DNA of 64,000 bases. Origin: Amoebophrya sp. A120. Lineage: Eukaryota > Protista > Dinoflagellata. A program made the position numbers and the translations under genes. The notes below the pieces were generated by a model. It had not been told where the DNA came from. It did not search any database and worked only from the letters and a program-made list of their open reading frames with translations. The stretch is from positions 2,178,025 to 2,242,024 of the forward strand of contig CAJINV010000011.1 of the NCBI GenBank assembly GCA_905178155.1, in the 5' to 3' direction. This document shows, one piece after another, positions 23,063-35,260 of the stretch (position 1 is the stretch's first letter; each line of letters opens with the position of its first letter).

Positions 23063-26000
23063 ATGTCGTATTTTTTCCCGCCCCCACCTGTGCCCCCCTA
23101 CGCAGCAGCAGCTGCTATGGCAGCAGCCGCGCATGAACAGCACCAACAATCAATTCTAGCTTCCACTCATTTCTGGAATAAGTCTAAAGATAGTAGTACA
23201 GGAGCAACCATTTCTAGCGAGACTTTAACTTCGGGTAGTTCTTCGCAATTTCATTCCGCACTAAAAGGGAACCCTTTTAACTTCCCATACAACAAGAATA
23301 GTAATCCGCTCTCCCCATGGACAACAACAGCCTCTCCGCACAAAGGCAAAGGCAAACAGAAATCGTTTCCAGGTTCGGGAAAAAAGTCTTCTAAAGAGGC
23401 GAGCTGTAATATTGTTGAACATCCATTCGACAAAAACAACTTTGGCTCCAGCTCTTACAACAATTTCGATTTCCCGCCGCCTCCTTTCGGAGGCACGTTA
23501 TCATCTAGCGCCGGCGCAGCACGACAAGAGCTGCAGCAACACCAGTCCTATAATCAGTATAATCACGAAAGGAGCCTACAATTTGTCAATAGTACCCAGC
23601 AGCTCTCTTCTTTCGACTCAGTTCGTAGTAGTGGGAGAAGTAGTAAAAGAAGCGCCGGCGCTGCACCCTCCGAAGTGGAGTTGGATAACAAGGGTTTACT
23701 ACACGGGCGGAACTACCCGGGAACAAACAAGCGGAAAAACAAAATCAAAAATAAAGAGAAGCGAACGGGGAAAATAAATAAGACTTCAAGCATTTTTCCG
23801 ACGCTGGAGTCTACCTTTCTCGGACCACACGGAGGGAAGCAGCAGGAGCAGTTTGGTGGTGGAAAAGGAAATAGTAAAGGAAGTCACAGTACAGCAAATC
23901 CACTTTTGCCAGGAAATATTATTAACATAGACGCCAGCATCAATACTAGTAGCACCTACAACTTCGACGGCTGTGCACAGCACAGTGCTGCAGCTGCTGC
24001 TGCACTACAGCACAGTACAGCAAGCAGACCTGGTGGGCATCTTCAGCCGGCGCATACGTCGTCGATCGTGGCGGCTGGTGTACAACTTCCGGATAGGTCT
24101 TCGGTGACGAACGTGAATCCGTATCAAAACATAGCCATTAGTGGAACAAGACCAGCAACGACATCAGCGCTTGTTCAAGATATTAGCGGCGGACCACCAG
24201 GTCATCTAGAAGGAGATTTTGCAGCTGGTGCGTCACAGCAGGACCACAATATTTTTACCACCGATACTGAGTATAATATTGAAAATTGTGGTAACAACAT
24301 CAACGATATCACGACGCCTCTGCACAACTCCGACGACGAAAATCAAAATCTCGAGGAATTATACCAAGACGAGCAGGAGCTGCACCGAAGTACTTCTAGC
24401 AGCCACGAAGGAGTAGAAGTAGACCACAAGGAGGACGACGTCGTGGTCATCGAGGAGACATCAAATAACTTGTGCGAGGACGAGGAAGAGGACTACGAGT
24501 ACCACCACCATCACCATCAGGAAGAAGAAGAGCTGAAAATATTAAACTATAGTGCGAACAACATCAAAATCGAGAACAACACCAGCGCGACCCGGAGAAG
24601 AACCACCGCCGGCACGTCTGCTTCCCAGCTGCGAGCAGACGACCAGGATACTATATTTAACTACGACCAGGAAGTGGAAGAACATCAAAGCGGAGAAGAA
24701 AACGCACCCATCCTGGGGGAAAACTTGATCCCCCAGTTCCGCGATCGAATCTCCTCCTCTTCGTCCGTTGAGGAAAAGACCATCGTTTTCCCTAGCCCCT
24801 TCAGTCCCGCGCTGCCACCGGAAGCTTTGTGGAATCATCTCGACACCAGGATGGCCGACCCCACGGACCACTTCCCCGCGCGGGCCTTCCGCTGCGTCAT
24901 ATGAGAGTGCACAACACTCCTTCCCCCTTATTTGTATGGCATGAACAGCAACACAAGTGCTGGCAGAGATGCAGGCTCTGCATGAGAAATTCACCACTGA
25001 CTCTAGCGCTGTTTCGGCTTCGGGAGCCTGTCATGCAAGCAGTGCCAAAATGCAATGGGTGGACTTGGCATTTTGCATGACAAATAAGGAGGAGGGGGAG
25101 TTGTGCACTCTCATACGTCATCGAGTTTTTTGAGAAGGTGTGGGACGCAGACAAGGAAAAAGAGGGCGAGTGCGAGTTTTCGGTTGCGGTTGACATGATT
25201 AACAAGTACATTTTGACGGAGTGCGTCGACCTGCCATCCGAGTGGCAACTGCAGATCGAGAAGGTGCTGACGCTGCTGTTGCTTTCCCTGGACGTTTTGG
25301 ACACGTTTCTGTTTGAGCGCATGGACGAGCAGGAACGCGGGCCGCCGGAGCTATCAACTGCAAAAGTGTCTGGGTCTGGAAGAGTGTAAACTTGTCATGC
25401 AGATTCGCCATGACAGCTGAGGTCTGGAATGCGGGACCTAGCATGACAGACTCTGTGAGGTCTCTGCCATGCCTATCTTGCATGAGAAACTTCCTCCCAA
25501 CTTGGTCAAAAGTGGACAGCTTTTGGCAGTCATGCAACACAGATTTTTACATGCTTCAGATTTACCATGACAAGAAGTTGCCACCTTCCAGACCCAGACA
25601 TTTTTACACTTGATAGGAGCTCACCCCCGTACGACTCGCGATGCTCAGGTAGATTTGGACGTTTTTGCATATCCTGAGTAAAAACGTACCCACACCAGAG
25701 TCAGGATGGGGATTTTGCAACACAAACCTAGGAGTTTTGTGAGTCACGCATGACAAGTTGCACTCTGCAGTGTAGTGCAGGTTAGCAAGTGCAGCCGCGT
25801 CACAGATTCATCTGCTCATCCTGTTCACAGCATCACAAATTCCAAAACGCGATTGGAAATGGTCCTCATGCGGATGCACATTACAAGTCTTCCTGTCTTT
25901 GCAAATCCGCATGACAACTCTGGTGTGGATTTTTGTTGTGAAAAAATTCTGTTCATCTTCCAGGTCGGACCATATGATCTTTTCTAAAACTGGTAACGCT

Positions 26001-28787
26001 AACGCATGATAGTGCTGCGATTGTTCTTCACTGGTGATTAAGATGAAGTCAGAATTCTACTGGTTGTCTACTTGTATTACGAGAAGGTGATAATGACATA
26101 GATGATAACTGCCAACAGGTTTGCTGCGTTTTGGGTTGCCGCCGAGGAAAAAGGCGACGGGCAAGCGCACATCCGCGCTGCGCAGACGATTTGCAAGATT
26201 GCCGCCCTGTTTTTCGATGAGGACGTGGATTTCGTGAAGACCGTAACGGCCCGGTTTCAGCCGGGAGCGTTCGCCGAGTTCCAGCGCCGCCACGAGATGC
26301 AGAACTTGCCCCCGTTACTGCCCCCCCTCTCCACGAACGCCCCAGCCAATAACACGCCCGGCGGACAGCAGGGCGGGCAACATCAACCCCCCACGCCCGC
26401 GGGCGCGCAGACGATGGCGCACGCGCAACAGCAGCTGCAGCAGGTGGGTGCAGCAGCAGTTTCGATGCAGCTCCAACAACAACAGCAGCAGCAGAATATG
26501 GATAAGGACCGGTCCCCCGTCACGCCCGGCACCACGACGAACGTGGCTGCGGGGAACATGATCGTTCCCCCTGGGATGACACCCGGAGGCACGATGAACA
26601 GCAAGGGCGGACTCCCGGGTAACGCCGGCGCGAAGTTTCTGATGCCGATGCAGCCGGGGATGCCGATGCCACCGCAGGTGGTGGGTGGGTTCACGCCCAC
26701 GGGCCCGCAAAGTGGGAAGAACTTGTTGCACTTTCCCGGACAGCAGCACCCGCCGGGGGTTGGCGCTCCCGGAGGACCTCCTGGAGGTTTCCCGCAGTAC
26801 GGGCAGTTGCCGCCCCCCTACGGCACGCCGAACGCCGGAACGGGACCTCCCGGGTTTCCCCACCCGGGCACGCCGGGCGGATTCCCGGGCAACCCGGGGG
26901 GCCCCACGCCGCCAGGCGGATTGCCACCGCAGCTGCAGGTACAGCCACCACCCGGGACAAAGGGGCCCGCGCTGAAGCCCGGTGCTATGCCGCCCATGTT
27001 CCCGCCGGGGCTGGTGCCGCCCCCCGGAGTGCCGATGCCGGCCAACTACAGTCCGTTCAAGGGGAATCACTTGCAGCTGATGCAGCTGCAAAGCCCGCGG
27101 GGCGCCGGAACCATGCCGCCGGTATCTGGGCCGGGGGGACCACAGCAACCACAACTTCCTCCAGGGGTTTTAGTACAACAACCTCCTCCAGGAGGACCCG
27201 GTGGACCACCGCAGCTTTTACCCATCGGAGCGGCAGGAGTTGCACTGGACCCCGCAGCTGCACAACAGATGGCCACCACGACATCCTCCCCGAATGCAGG
27301 TGGAGCACCCGCAGCTTCGGCTGCACCAGATTCGCTGCCGTTGCCTGTCACTGAAAACAACGAGGATGAGATGGACGTTGACGATGATGACAAAATGGGC
27401 GTCGATAGTATTATTGCGAATAAAAAGTCTTCGTCAAAACGGCGGTCGAGCAAGCGCTCGTCCAAGCGGGACCGCAGCAAAAGCAGTTCTTCCTCCGAGC
27501 TGTCCGATGAAGCTTCCGGTGCCGCGCGGAAGAAGAATATTAAACAGCGCCGTGGGTCGTCCTCATCGGCTAGTAAGAACAATTCCAGTGATAATAACGA
27601 GGAGGAAAACGTCGAAAATGAAGATAAAAAGAGCGGCAAAAAATCAACAAACATTGAAACCAGAAGTCGGCGCAGAAGGAGCAAAGAGAAAAAGACGACT
27701 CGAAAAAGCAAGAGCAGTAAACGAAGCAAGAGTAAAAACACCTCCCGAAGCGGGTCGAATAAATCGAAGAGCAGCAACAGGTCGAAAAGCAGCAAAAGTA
27801 ACAGCAGCAAGAGCGCCAGAGACCGCTCCAAGTCATCGAGTAGGAGCTCGCGAAGTCGAAGATCCAGCTCGCGCGGCTCTTCTAAGTCCTCGCGGTCCAA
27901 GTCTAAAAATTCCGACCGCTCTTCTGACAGCGATGAGGAGTCCAGTGAGGTGCAGGGACCGCTGTTGGAAACCCCGCTGGAACTGAAGCAAATGGCCAGC
28001 ACGTTGCATTCCGGAACGAGCGCGGACGGGTTGCAGAGTGCTGGGCAGGGTGCCGGCGACCGAAACAACACCACGGATCATCCGTTGGATGAAAACCTTT
28101 CCAAATCTTTGCAAAAAGCGAAGAACAAGCAGAAGCAGAAGAAGGACATGCTGACGGGGATTAAGCAATTAAACGTTTCCAACACGTTGTCCGACCTGCG
28201 GGACCGCCGGGCGGAGGAGCAGGTTCGCATCGTGAAGACCTACGCCAGTGAAGGCTGCCAGACCGAGCAGGCGCCGGACTTGTATGATCGGAAGAACCTC
28301 GTGAAGATCATGACGGCCCGCGCGGACCGGTTCGTGTCGTCCCGGACAAAAGAGGAAATTGACGCCGACGAGGAAAAAGGAGTCTCTATCCCAAGTAAAA
28401 ACGTCCCGACCCCATAGTTGTAATGCAAATCTGCACGCTGGAAATGCAAATGTTTCTCATGCGGAGCCCCATGAGAGGCGTTTTCTACCCTAGTGCTGAT
28501 TTGAGATTTGTCATGCTCGAATCAGAATGACAAACTGGATCTGTGATGCTGCTGTACGAGCTAAACACGACTAAATTGCGAGCCCAAATTTGTCATGCGC
28601 AACAGCCAAAGCTTAGGGATTTGTGTAGCAGATTTCCCATCTTGACTCCGGGGTGCTAGGGACGTTTTTACACAGGATAGTCTCTCACTGTCCCGACATT
28701 ATGCCCGACTTCTCGTTTGATCAAGCCTCATCTCAGCCGGAGGTGACAAACAAAGCGAGCGGACTCTCCACGATCATGGAGGAGTGA
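23063..28787 (+). CDS. Hypothetical ~1488-aa protein: low-complexity N-terminus, small helical core, Pro/Gly/Gln-rich tract and Arg/Ser/Lys-rich (RS-like) tract
   Basis: ORFs 22979, 25138 and 26102 join after removing elements 24900, 25352 and 28387 and GT-AG intron 25649-26118; 4467 nt, divisible by 3, ending TGA 28785-28787. Confidence 0.78.
24900..25115. mobile_element. Introner/MITE family H (216 bp)
   Basis: Perfect 16-bp TIR TATGAGAGTGCACAAC; DR CGTCA; removal gives FRCV-IEFFEK. Confidence 0.93.
25352..25615. mobile_element. Introner/MITE family A, opposite orientation to the 10805 copy (264 bp)
   Basis: DR GGAGC; removal gives PPE-LTPVRLAML. Confidence 0.93.
25649..26118 (+). other. 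Canonical GT-AG intron (470 bp) hosting a truncated introner
   Basis: CTCAG|gtagat...gccaacag|GTTTGCT; phase 2; gives AMLR-FAAFW. Confidence 0.7.
25670..25928. mobile_element. Truncated family B copy (no right TIR tip, no DR) inside a canonical intron
   Basis: First ~68 bp identical to the 3798 copy; similarity stops at tggtgtgg, before the right TIR tip. Confidence 0.85.
28387..28679. mobile_element. Introner/MITE family B2, opposite orientation (293 bp)
   Basis: DR GTCTC; removal gives EKGVS-HCPDIMP...MEE*. Confidence 0.92.
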
Positions 28788-29738
28788 TTAGAGTATGTTG
28801 ATCTTTGGTGGGAGCAAAATGATTAAATTACGACTGCTGGGCATACTACTAAAAGTACTTCTGATTGTCCTGGCAAATACTAAACGACTGATGTGAGCAG
28901 GAGGTATCCCCTCTGAATCAATTTGATGAAAAGGAAAAATCGAGGGCGAAGGCAAGCGCTTTGGTGAAGTTCTTTTTGCAGGCTGGTAGTATTCGACAGT
29001 AATACTAATATTGCTGGGAAAAAATGCTGCTTTCGTTACAAATCGCAAGATGATGGATGAAGAAGGCAAAGAGCCCTTTTCACCGTTTCGTATGCTACAG
29101 ATTTCAGTTGTGTCACTCAAACGAACGACGGCACAGTGAGAAACGTACACTGCAAAAATGTTGCTGAATTCTTGCAATCAACAGAACATCAAGGGTCTTC
29201 TCTATAATGCGTCTGCATTTTTTGGTGGGATTTTGAAAAAACGAGTCGCTCGCGGGGGCCCTCGTGTGCAACTGGAGGCCATGGCAATTTTGATGTCTGC
29301 CAATACAGATGCTGATGTTCCGGTCGTCCAGTACGTGTAAGTAGCATGTCTGGTCATTTGGTCGTGTGTTAAAATTGTTCTACGTTGGTCGTAAGAGTTC
29401 TTCCTGGAATTATTTCCGAGCCCAGCAGCTCCGTGACACGCTGTTTTGGTCCCAAAAATCGTAGCGGTCGTTGGTCGGGTGAATGAATGCTTCGTGTTTA
29501 TTCGTGGGACACAATTTCGTTGTATAGATACGGTCGCCTAGCTGAAGCGTTGTAATCGTGAAGGCCCCGCGAAATTGTAGGAGTTTTTTTAGGATCTTGT
29601 ATGCTAACCGCGGTCGCAAATTTGTTCTCGGCTTCAGCACTATGGTAGGTGCCCCAAAAAATTATAACCTCTTTTACGATCGCAGCAGAGTCTTCACAGC
29701 CATGCAGACAAGTTTTTGAATAAATACAACACCGAAAA

Positions 29739-30155
29739 ATGCTTTTTCGCGCAATCTTGGAATCTTTGTGTGAGCAGCTGCAGCTCCCCGACTTTTCACA
29801 GACAGCAACCACTCCACAAGCGCCACTTGTTCAACATTCGCATGCCGCTGCACCACGACTATCCGGAACGAATAAAGATCTTCTAGTTGCCATGCGCATG
29901 CCGCACCACCCCCGCCACCGCGCAAGAACCAGTTTCGCCGAGGGTGCCATCTGCGGGGTGCGCGGCGATGGACAGATGACCTGCGGCGTGCCGGTGGCGA
30001 CGGATGCCGTAACCGGGGCGCCCATGATCATCGAGTTTGCACACGTCCAATCGCAGCAGGAACAGGCTGGCTGTGCCAACAGTGCGGCGGGAGACAACAA
30101 AGCCATTACGCAAGGGCTGGCGCAGTTGCTCGAGACGGTGAATTCGGCACCATAA
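29739..30155 (+). CDS. Hypothetical protein (probable last exon; upstream exon possibly 29158-29336)
   Basis: 138-codon ORF with coding-like composition; no recognisable domain. Confidence 0.4.
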   Translation: MLFRAILESLCEQLQLPDFSQTATTPQAPLVQHSHAAAPRLSGTNKDLLVAMRMPHHPRHRARTSFAEGAICGVRGDGQMTCGVPVATDAVTGAPMIIEFAHVQSQQEQAGCANSAAGDNKAITQGLAQLLETVNSAP

Positions 30156-30920
30156 TTGAATACAAGAGCAGTACGCGTTCACTTTGCACGTTTGTTCTTT
30201 CATGGACAGGATTAGGAAGATTCTCGACCTGAAAGCTTTTTTGTACCAAACCAGATCATATTTGCACGCGCTCTCACTGATTTGTCCTCATGCCGGACCT
30301 CCACATACCATGTAGCAGAAGTCGGACACACACACAGCGTTGATTTTTTTATAAAACACCCGATCGTAAAAAGATCCAATTATATCTTGGCTGTCTTAGC
30401 TGATGAGGCCATCACTTCCGATCATGGCCTTAGTCCAGCTGACGCCAGATGAGGAGGATGCACAAAGTGTCAGTGGTTCCAGATGGCGTGGAAGCTCGCA
30501 TGTTGATCAGAGATTGTTAGTGCCCGTTTTTTGGAACACGGATCCCGAAGAGTGCCATAGGTCGTGATATCTTTTGTCTCTGTTGTTGAAGATCCTGCGA
30601 TGATTTCATCTTGCAAGCTGATGTAGATGTTTCTTTTACTTGCGTGCGGCGGCGAAGTTTCATATTGACAAAAGAAGGGAAGAAGTAGAATCATGCGCTG
30701 TAATGTGCTCCTCTCTCAAGTAGATCTTAATCTTTATCCTCTGCAAGGACTAACGAAGGTCGTGGATATCTATGAGGTTCTTTTTGCCCTGATCAGATTC
30801 AGTCTTCGTGCCAACGCAAGCGAAAAGCGCGGAGCACTTCGTGTTGATATTTTTCGAGGTTTCATCATTTCATTCTTAATCTTCGGAGTTAGCAACGCAC
30901 GAACTCGAGAACAAGCAAAA

Positions 30921-33900
30921 ATGCGCAAACTCTCAAAGCGGTGCATCTTCTTGTCGGCGGCCATAAGTGCCGGCGGCATGAGCATGATGCTGCACCAAGC
31001 CAGTGCGAGCACGGCGGCCGCGTTTGCAGCACCGGCTGCGGTGGCCATTTCCGAAAGTGGTCGTGGCTCCAGTGGTCAAGATCCTCGCGCCGGCCAGGGA
31101 ACTACTGCGGAAGCAGGAGCGCATAATAATTCCCTGGTAGTTCCAGACACCGAATTCCAACTGGTTTCGTCACAAGATCTGAAAGACTTATCTTCCGACA
31201 AGAAGGCACCGGGTGGGTTTCAGTTGATTTCCCCTCGAAAAACCAGAACGGTCAAGCTTCCCGGCAAGGAAGGACAGCAGCAGCAACCTCTACACGGAGG
31301 TGGGAAGAGTAATAAGCACAAAGGTTCTCGTGGTGAGAAAATCAATCTCGGCCCATCAGACCCAACCGAGGTACACCCGCAAGCGGAAGCGCTCTTGCGG
31401 ATCTTAAACCAGAGTAGCAAAGTTGAAGAGGAACAACACCAAAGGCAGCGGTTTCTCGAGGATCAGATTTTGCCGAAACTGCAGCAACGACTGCGGCCGA
31501 TTCTGGAGCAAGATTCATCGCCTTCTTCCACGCCGAAGAAAGTTGGAAGTTTGGATAGCCTAGACGATGAGAGTGATGGAACAAAAATCGAGGAGATGAT
31601 AATGTTGAAGTGGCAGAAAAACAAAAACGTCGGCAAGAAGATACTTGACATCACGAAGAGCCCTCCTACAACTACATCAACTTCCCACTACTACACCGCC
31701 GAGTTGAAAAAGCTCGGTGGCTTTGCACTGGGCCTCGCCTCGGACCGCGCGTTCGATTTGCAGATCTCGCTCCATTTCGATTTCGCGCCAGACACGCCGG
31801 AAATGTCGCGACAAGTGTCGAACAAGAAATCGTTCCTGTTCCCGAACGGCGCGCCGCGGATCAAGCTGTTACTGGCTCTCGAGAACAACTCTCCAGGCTA
31901 TCGGATGAGTGCTGAGGATAAAGAAGAGCTCGCGCACTGGCGCACGCACGTCTTGAGTCACGCTGCCCGAACGCTGTTCGGCTCAGCAGGTTTTGAAGAT
32001 ACGGAGGTTGCGCGGCAGAAGAAGACGAACCAACATTTACCACTATTTGGGGCATGCCCCTCGGAGAACATCGGTAGCTCGGCGTACGGGGTGCTGGAGC
32101 AGCTGCACCAGGAAGGGATTTTGCCCTCCAACATGACTATGCATTGCAAATATGTCTGGGTCTGGAAGGTTGGAACTTGTGATGCTAACTTTGGACTCTA
32201 AAAAAATCTGTATTGCATGACCAGCAAGAGCAGGCGCCCGGTTTGTGTTACGCGGGGAGGGTATTTGTCATGCGGGATAGGCATCAGGAAGGCCTCTAAA
32301 AATATGTGATGCTAGATCGTGCATTACAGACATCCTGAGTCATGCAAAATGGGCACGACAAACTAACCTGGCAACCTTCCAGACCCAGACACTTTTGCCC
32401 TCCAACATGACCACCGATTTGCTACCCGCAGTTAGCGCAGCAAGCTGCATTGGCAGTAGTTTTTCGCGTTCTTCGCCTGGCAAGAAAAGCTGCGCGTCAG
32501 ACACAGCAGGTGAAGATGACCAGGAACTACAGAGCAAGGCCTTTCTGTACATTCGTTACGGCGATTCCGTTCGCATTCGTCTGACCGTGGCAGATTACCG
32601 ACGGGCTGCTGAGACGGATTTCTTGAAGAATACATTGGCTAAGTTTAGCTTGAAAGGGGAAGCGGTGCTGTTTCGGATCGTGCGACAGGTACACCTAACA
32701 TAGAAACAAACCATGCAGAAGATAAAGATTCTTCCTTTGCAAAGTCGTGATATCAAGTATTCGTTCATTCTTGCTAGTAAAGGGTCGAGTTGGATGAAAG
32801 AGGGATTGTGTTCTAGTACTTCGCAATCATCGCAATTAAATCCCAATTCCCAGTTGAAATTCTGGGCCGAAGCCAGCGGCAAAGATTGGCTGCGCGCGGC
32901 GGACCACCTGGCGCTCGGACTGGCTCTTGCGTATTTGAAAGACGAAAGAACGGATTTTGGCTCCGCAACCCTGCAGGGATTTTTCGAATTCTACACGACG
33001 ATTCTTTCTTCGCACAGCGGCCGCCGCTGCTGGCCCCGACGTGGAGTCGTTGCTGTTCCGGCGTCCTCCTCTGGGGCAAGTCGAGAAGATCCTACGGTGG
33101 GAAGTACAACAGGAGAGAAGAATTTTTCCAGCCAGATAACACCACCAGCAGCACGTCAGGATTCCAGTGAAGATTGGATTATGCTGGACGGTAAGGAGGA
33201 CGTTGAGGGTCATGCCGCTGCCGAGTCCGCTGGTCATGTCCGCCTGGTAGCAGCTCCTGCGGATCACGGCGTATCCAGCTCTTTTGGTGGAAAAAGTTCC
33301 GCCTACTGTCCGTCTCCGTCCGTTAGTTCATCCCCCTACGTGTTCAACAACAAGAACCCCCACGAAATTACCCTGCCCAGGCACCAGCCGAGGACGCCAA
33401 CGCAGCAACTTGTCAAGCCGTTTCTGGTGATGGCGAAAAGCATGCACGACATCGTGCCACCGACCCTTGTTGCCTCGGTGTTTAGTACTATGACCACTCC
33501 TGCGGCAGCTGCCACTGCTTGTTCAACAACATCTTCTGCCGGTCTAGTATCCTACGAAGGAAGTTGTACACGACATCAAGAACATCCGCAACAGACGAGT
33601 GTGACCACGAATGTCCTTGAAGACATTGTGGCAGCAGACTCGGCCTGCACGCCTGTGCCGGACATGTGTCGTGGAAATAAGAAAGACGATGAAGAAGAAG
33701 AGCTCATCCTGTACTGCAAAACACAGGACAGCGAGTTTTACGTGAAGCCGAGTACCGCGAAGCAGAAAAAGTCGTCGAAGGGAAACAAAAAGATAGCACC
33801 AAACAAGCAGTCTTGCACCTCCTCGCCCGAGTTAAGTCCCGCCAGTTCTACTTCCTATTTCCCGCCAAGCAAGACAACTTTGGCGCCGACTGGCGGTATT

Positions 33901-35260
33901 AGCGGACAGAAAAAGAACAAATTCCTCGGACGAGAGGAAGAAGAGACCACTAGCGGCTCTTGCTGCAAGCACCGAAATGGCAGCCAACACCAGCCTACGC
34001 GGGCCAGCTCCCCGCCCGCGAGCGCGGCGCTGCTTTGCAACAACATCTGCCGTGGGGTCTTGCCTTGGGCGACGAGTGGTTCTGCGGGTCGCGACGGTCG
34101 TGGTGCCACGGATCATGCGGGCGGGAGACGCACGAAGGTCGAGACATCAAAATCCGCTATGATAGGCAGTCCCATCCTGGCAGGGAGTGTGAAGACAAGG
34201 GAAGAAGGACAAGCAAGCAACCAGGAGGTGAAAAAAGGTGACTCAGTCCTCTCAGGTCGTGCAGCGGTTCCCTTGCAGGAGACAATGCGATGGGAGCACG
34301 TTGGAGAACACCGGCCGCAGCAACCGCAGCGGCAGCAATGTGAGGATGACGAGTGCGATGGTTGGGAACAACTTGAAGTAGACGCAGACATGATGCAGTC
34401 ATCTTCTACCCCCGCAAAGCAAGACCAAGACGATGAAAATGAAGCAGCACCAGCGCCAGCAGTCCCTGATGAAGACAAAAACAGGAAGTCAACATCTGCT
34501 GCGATGAAACTGCTTGAGCGCCTATTGTAAGGAAAAATCCCCCCTCCCCATACCTCCAAAGCGGGATACGTATGAAAATTTGTGATGCTGATTCGAGGCC
34601 ACAAATCGTCTCTGTATTGCCAGAAGGCAAATCCCAAGACCTGGCCGCGTTCTGCAGGCAATTGGTGATGCTGTAGGACCTACGGAAAGAGGATGTGCCT
34701 GCCTTGCTAGGCGCCTACACCAAAACGCCCCTACTCCGGCTTTGCATCTGTTTGCAGTCCTCTACTGCAAGACGAATCCGATTTGGGTACACAAGTCTCG
34801 CATCAGAGATTTCCATTTCGATGTGGGGAGGGGGGATTTTTCCTTTTGATAGTCCCTGCAACCCGCGATGCAGATCCAACTCCTCGATGACTTCGAGTAC
34901 GCCGCCCGCTTGCTGTATGGGAGTGTCAGAATTGAAATCGTCAAAGTTGAAACGATTTGTCATGCATAAAATGCAGCCCACAAAGTGCTTGTCTTGCAGA
35001 GTAGGCAAGTGAGGCAGATTGTAAGCCTGTTGAGGGGTAGCATCTGAGCTGCTAAAATAGCATGACAGAAGGCGTCTTCCTTACCCAAACAGCATGACAA
35101 ACTGGATTTCGGCTCTACCCAAATTTGTCATGCGCCACTTAGAAACTGGGTTGCAACTGGTATCCATTTTATGCATGACAAACCATTATTTCAACTTTGA
35201 CGATTGCGATCCTGACGCTTCCATATGCTGCGAAATCTGACCGCGTCGGAGAAGAAATAG
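30921..35260 (+). CDS. Degenerate Pol-beta-superfamily nucleotidyltransferase (non-canonical PAP/TUTase-like), ~1083 aa
   Basis: LGGFALGLASDRAFDLQISL resembles hGS-x-DhDh but lacks the Ser and one Asp; VLFRIVRQLKFWAEAS, LQGFFEFY and C-terminal LLDDFEYAARLL resemble PAP central/PAP-associated helices. Three introners plus GT-AG intron 32689-32853 give 3252 nt. Possible N-terminal targeting peptide. Confidence 0.6.
32138..32392. mobile_element. Introner/MITE family A with right TIR tip replaced by a 19-bp flank duplication
   Basis: ttttgccctccaacatgac at 32119-32137 and 32393-32411; removing 274 nt gives ILPSNMT-TDLLP. Confidence 0.9.
34523..34851. mobile_element. Introner/MITE family C (329 bp)
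   Basis: Imperfect DR GCGCC/GTCCC; removal gives LLE(R/S)-LQPAMQ. Confidence 0.88.
34916..35225. mobile_element. Introner/MITE family D (310 bp)
   Basis: DR TGCTG; removal gives AARLL-RNLTASEKK*. Confidence 0.93.

Noticed and set aside
25964-25992. Micro-exon between cttccag and gtaacg
   Set aside because: Its phase is incompatible with the downstream acceptor at 26118, whereas a single intron 25649-26118 is in frame.
26315-28168. Long minus-strand ORFs (e.g. 26315-27154, 27067-28074; also 58290-59207)
   Set aside because: Antisense shadows of GC-rich or low-complexity + strand exons, with no domain signal.
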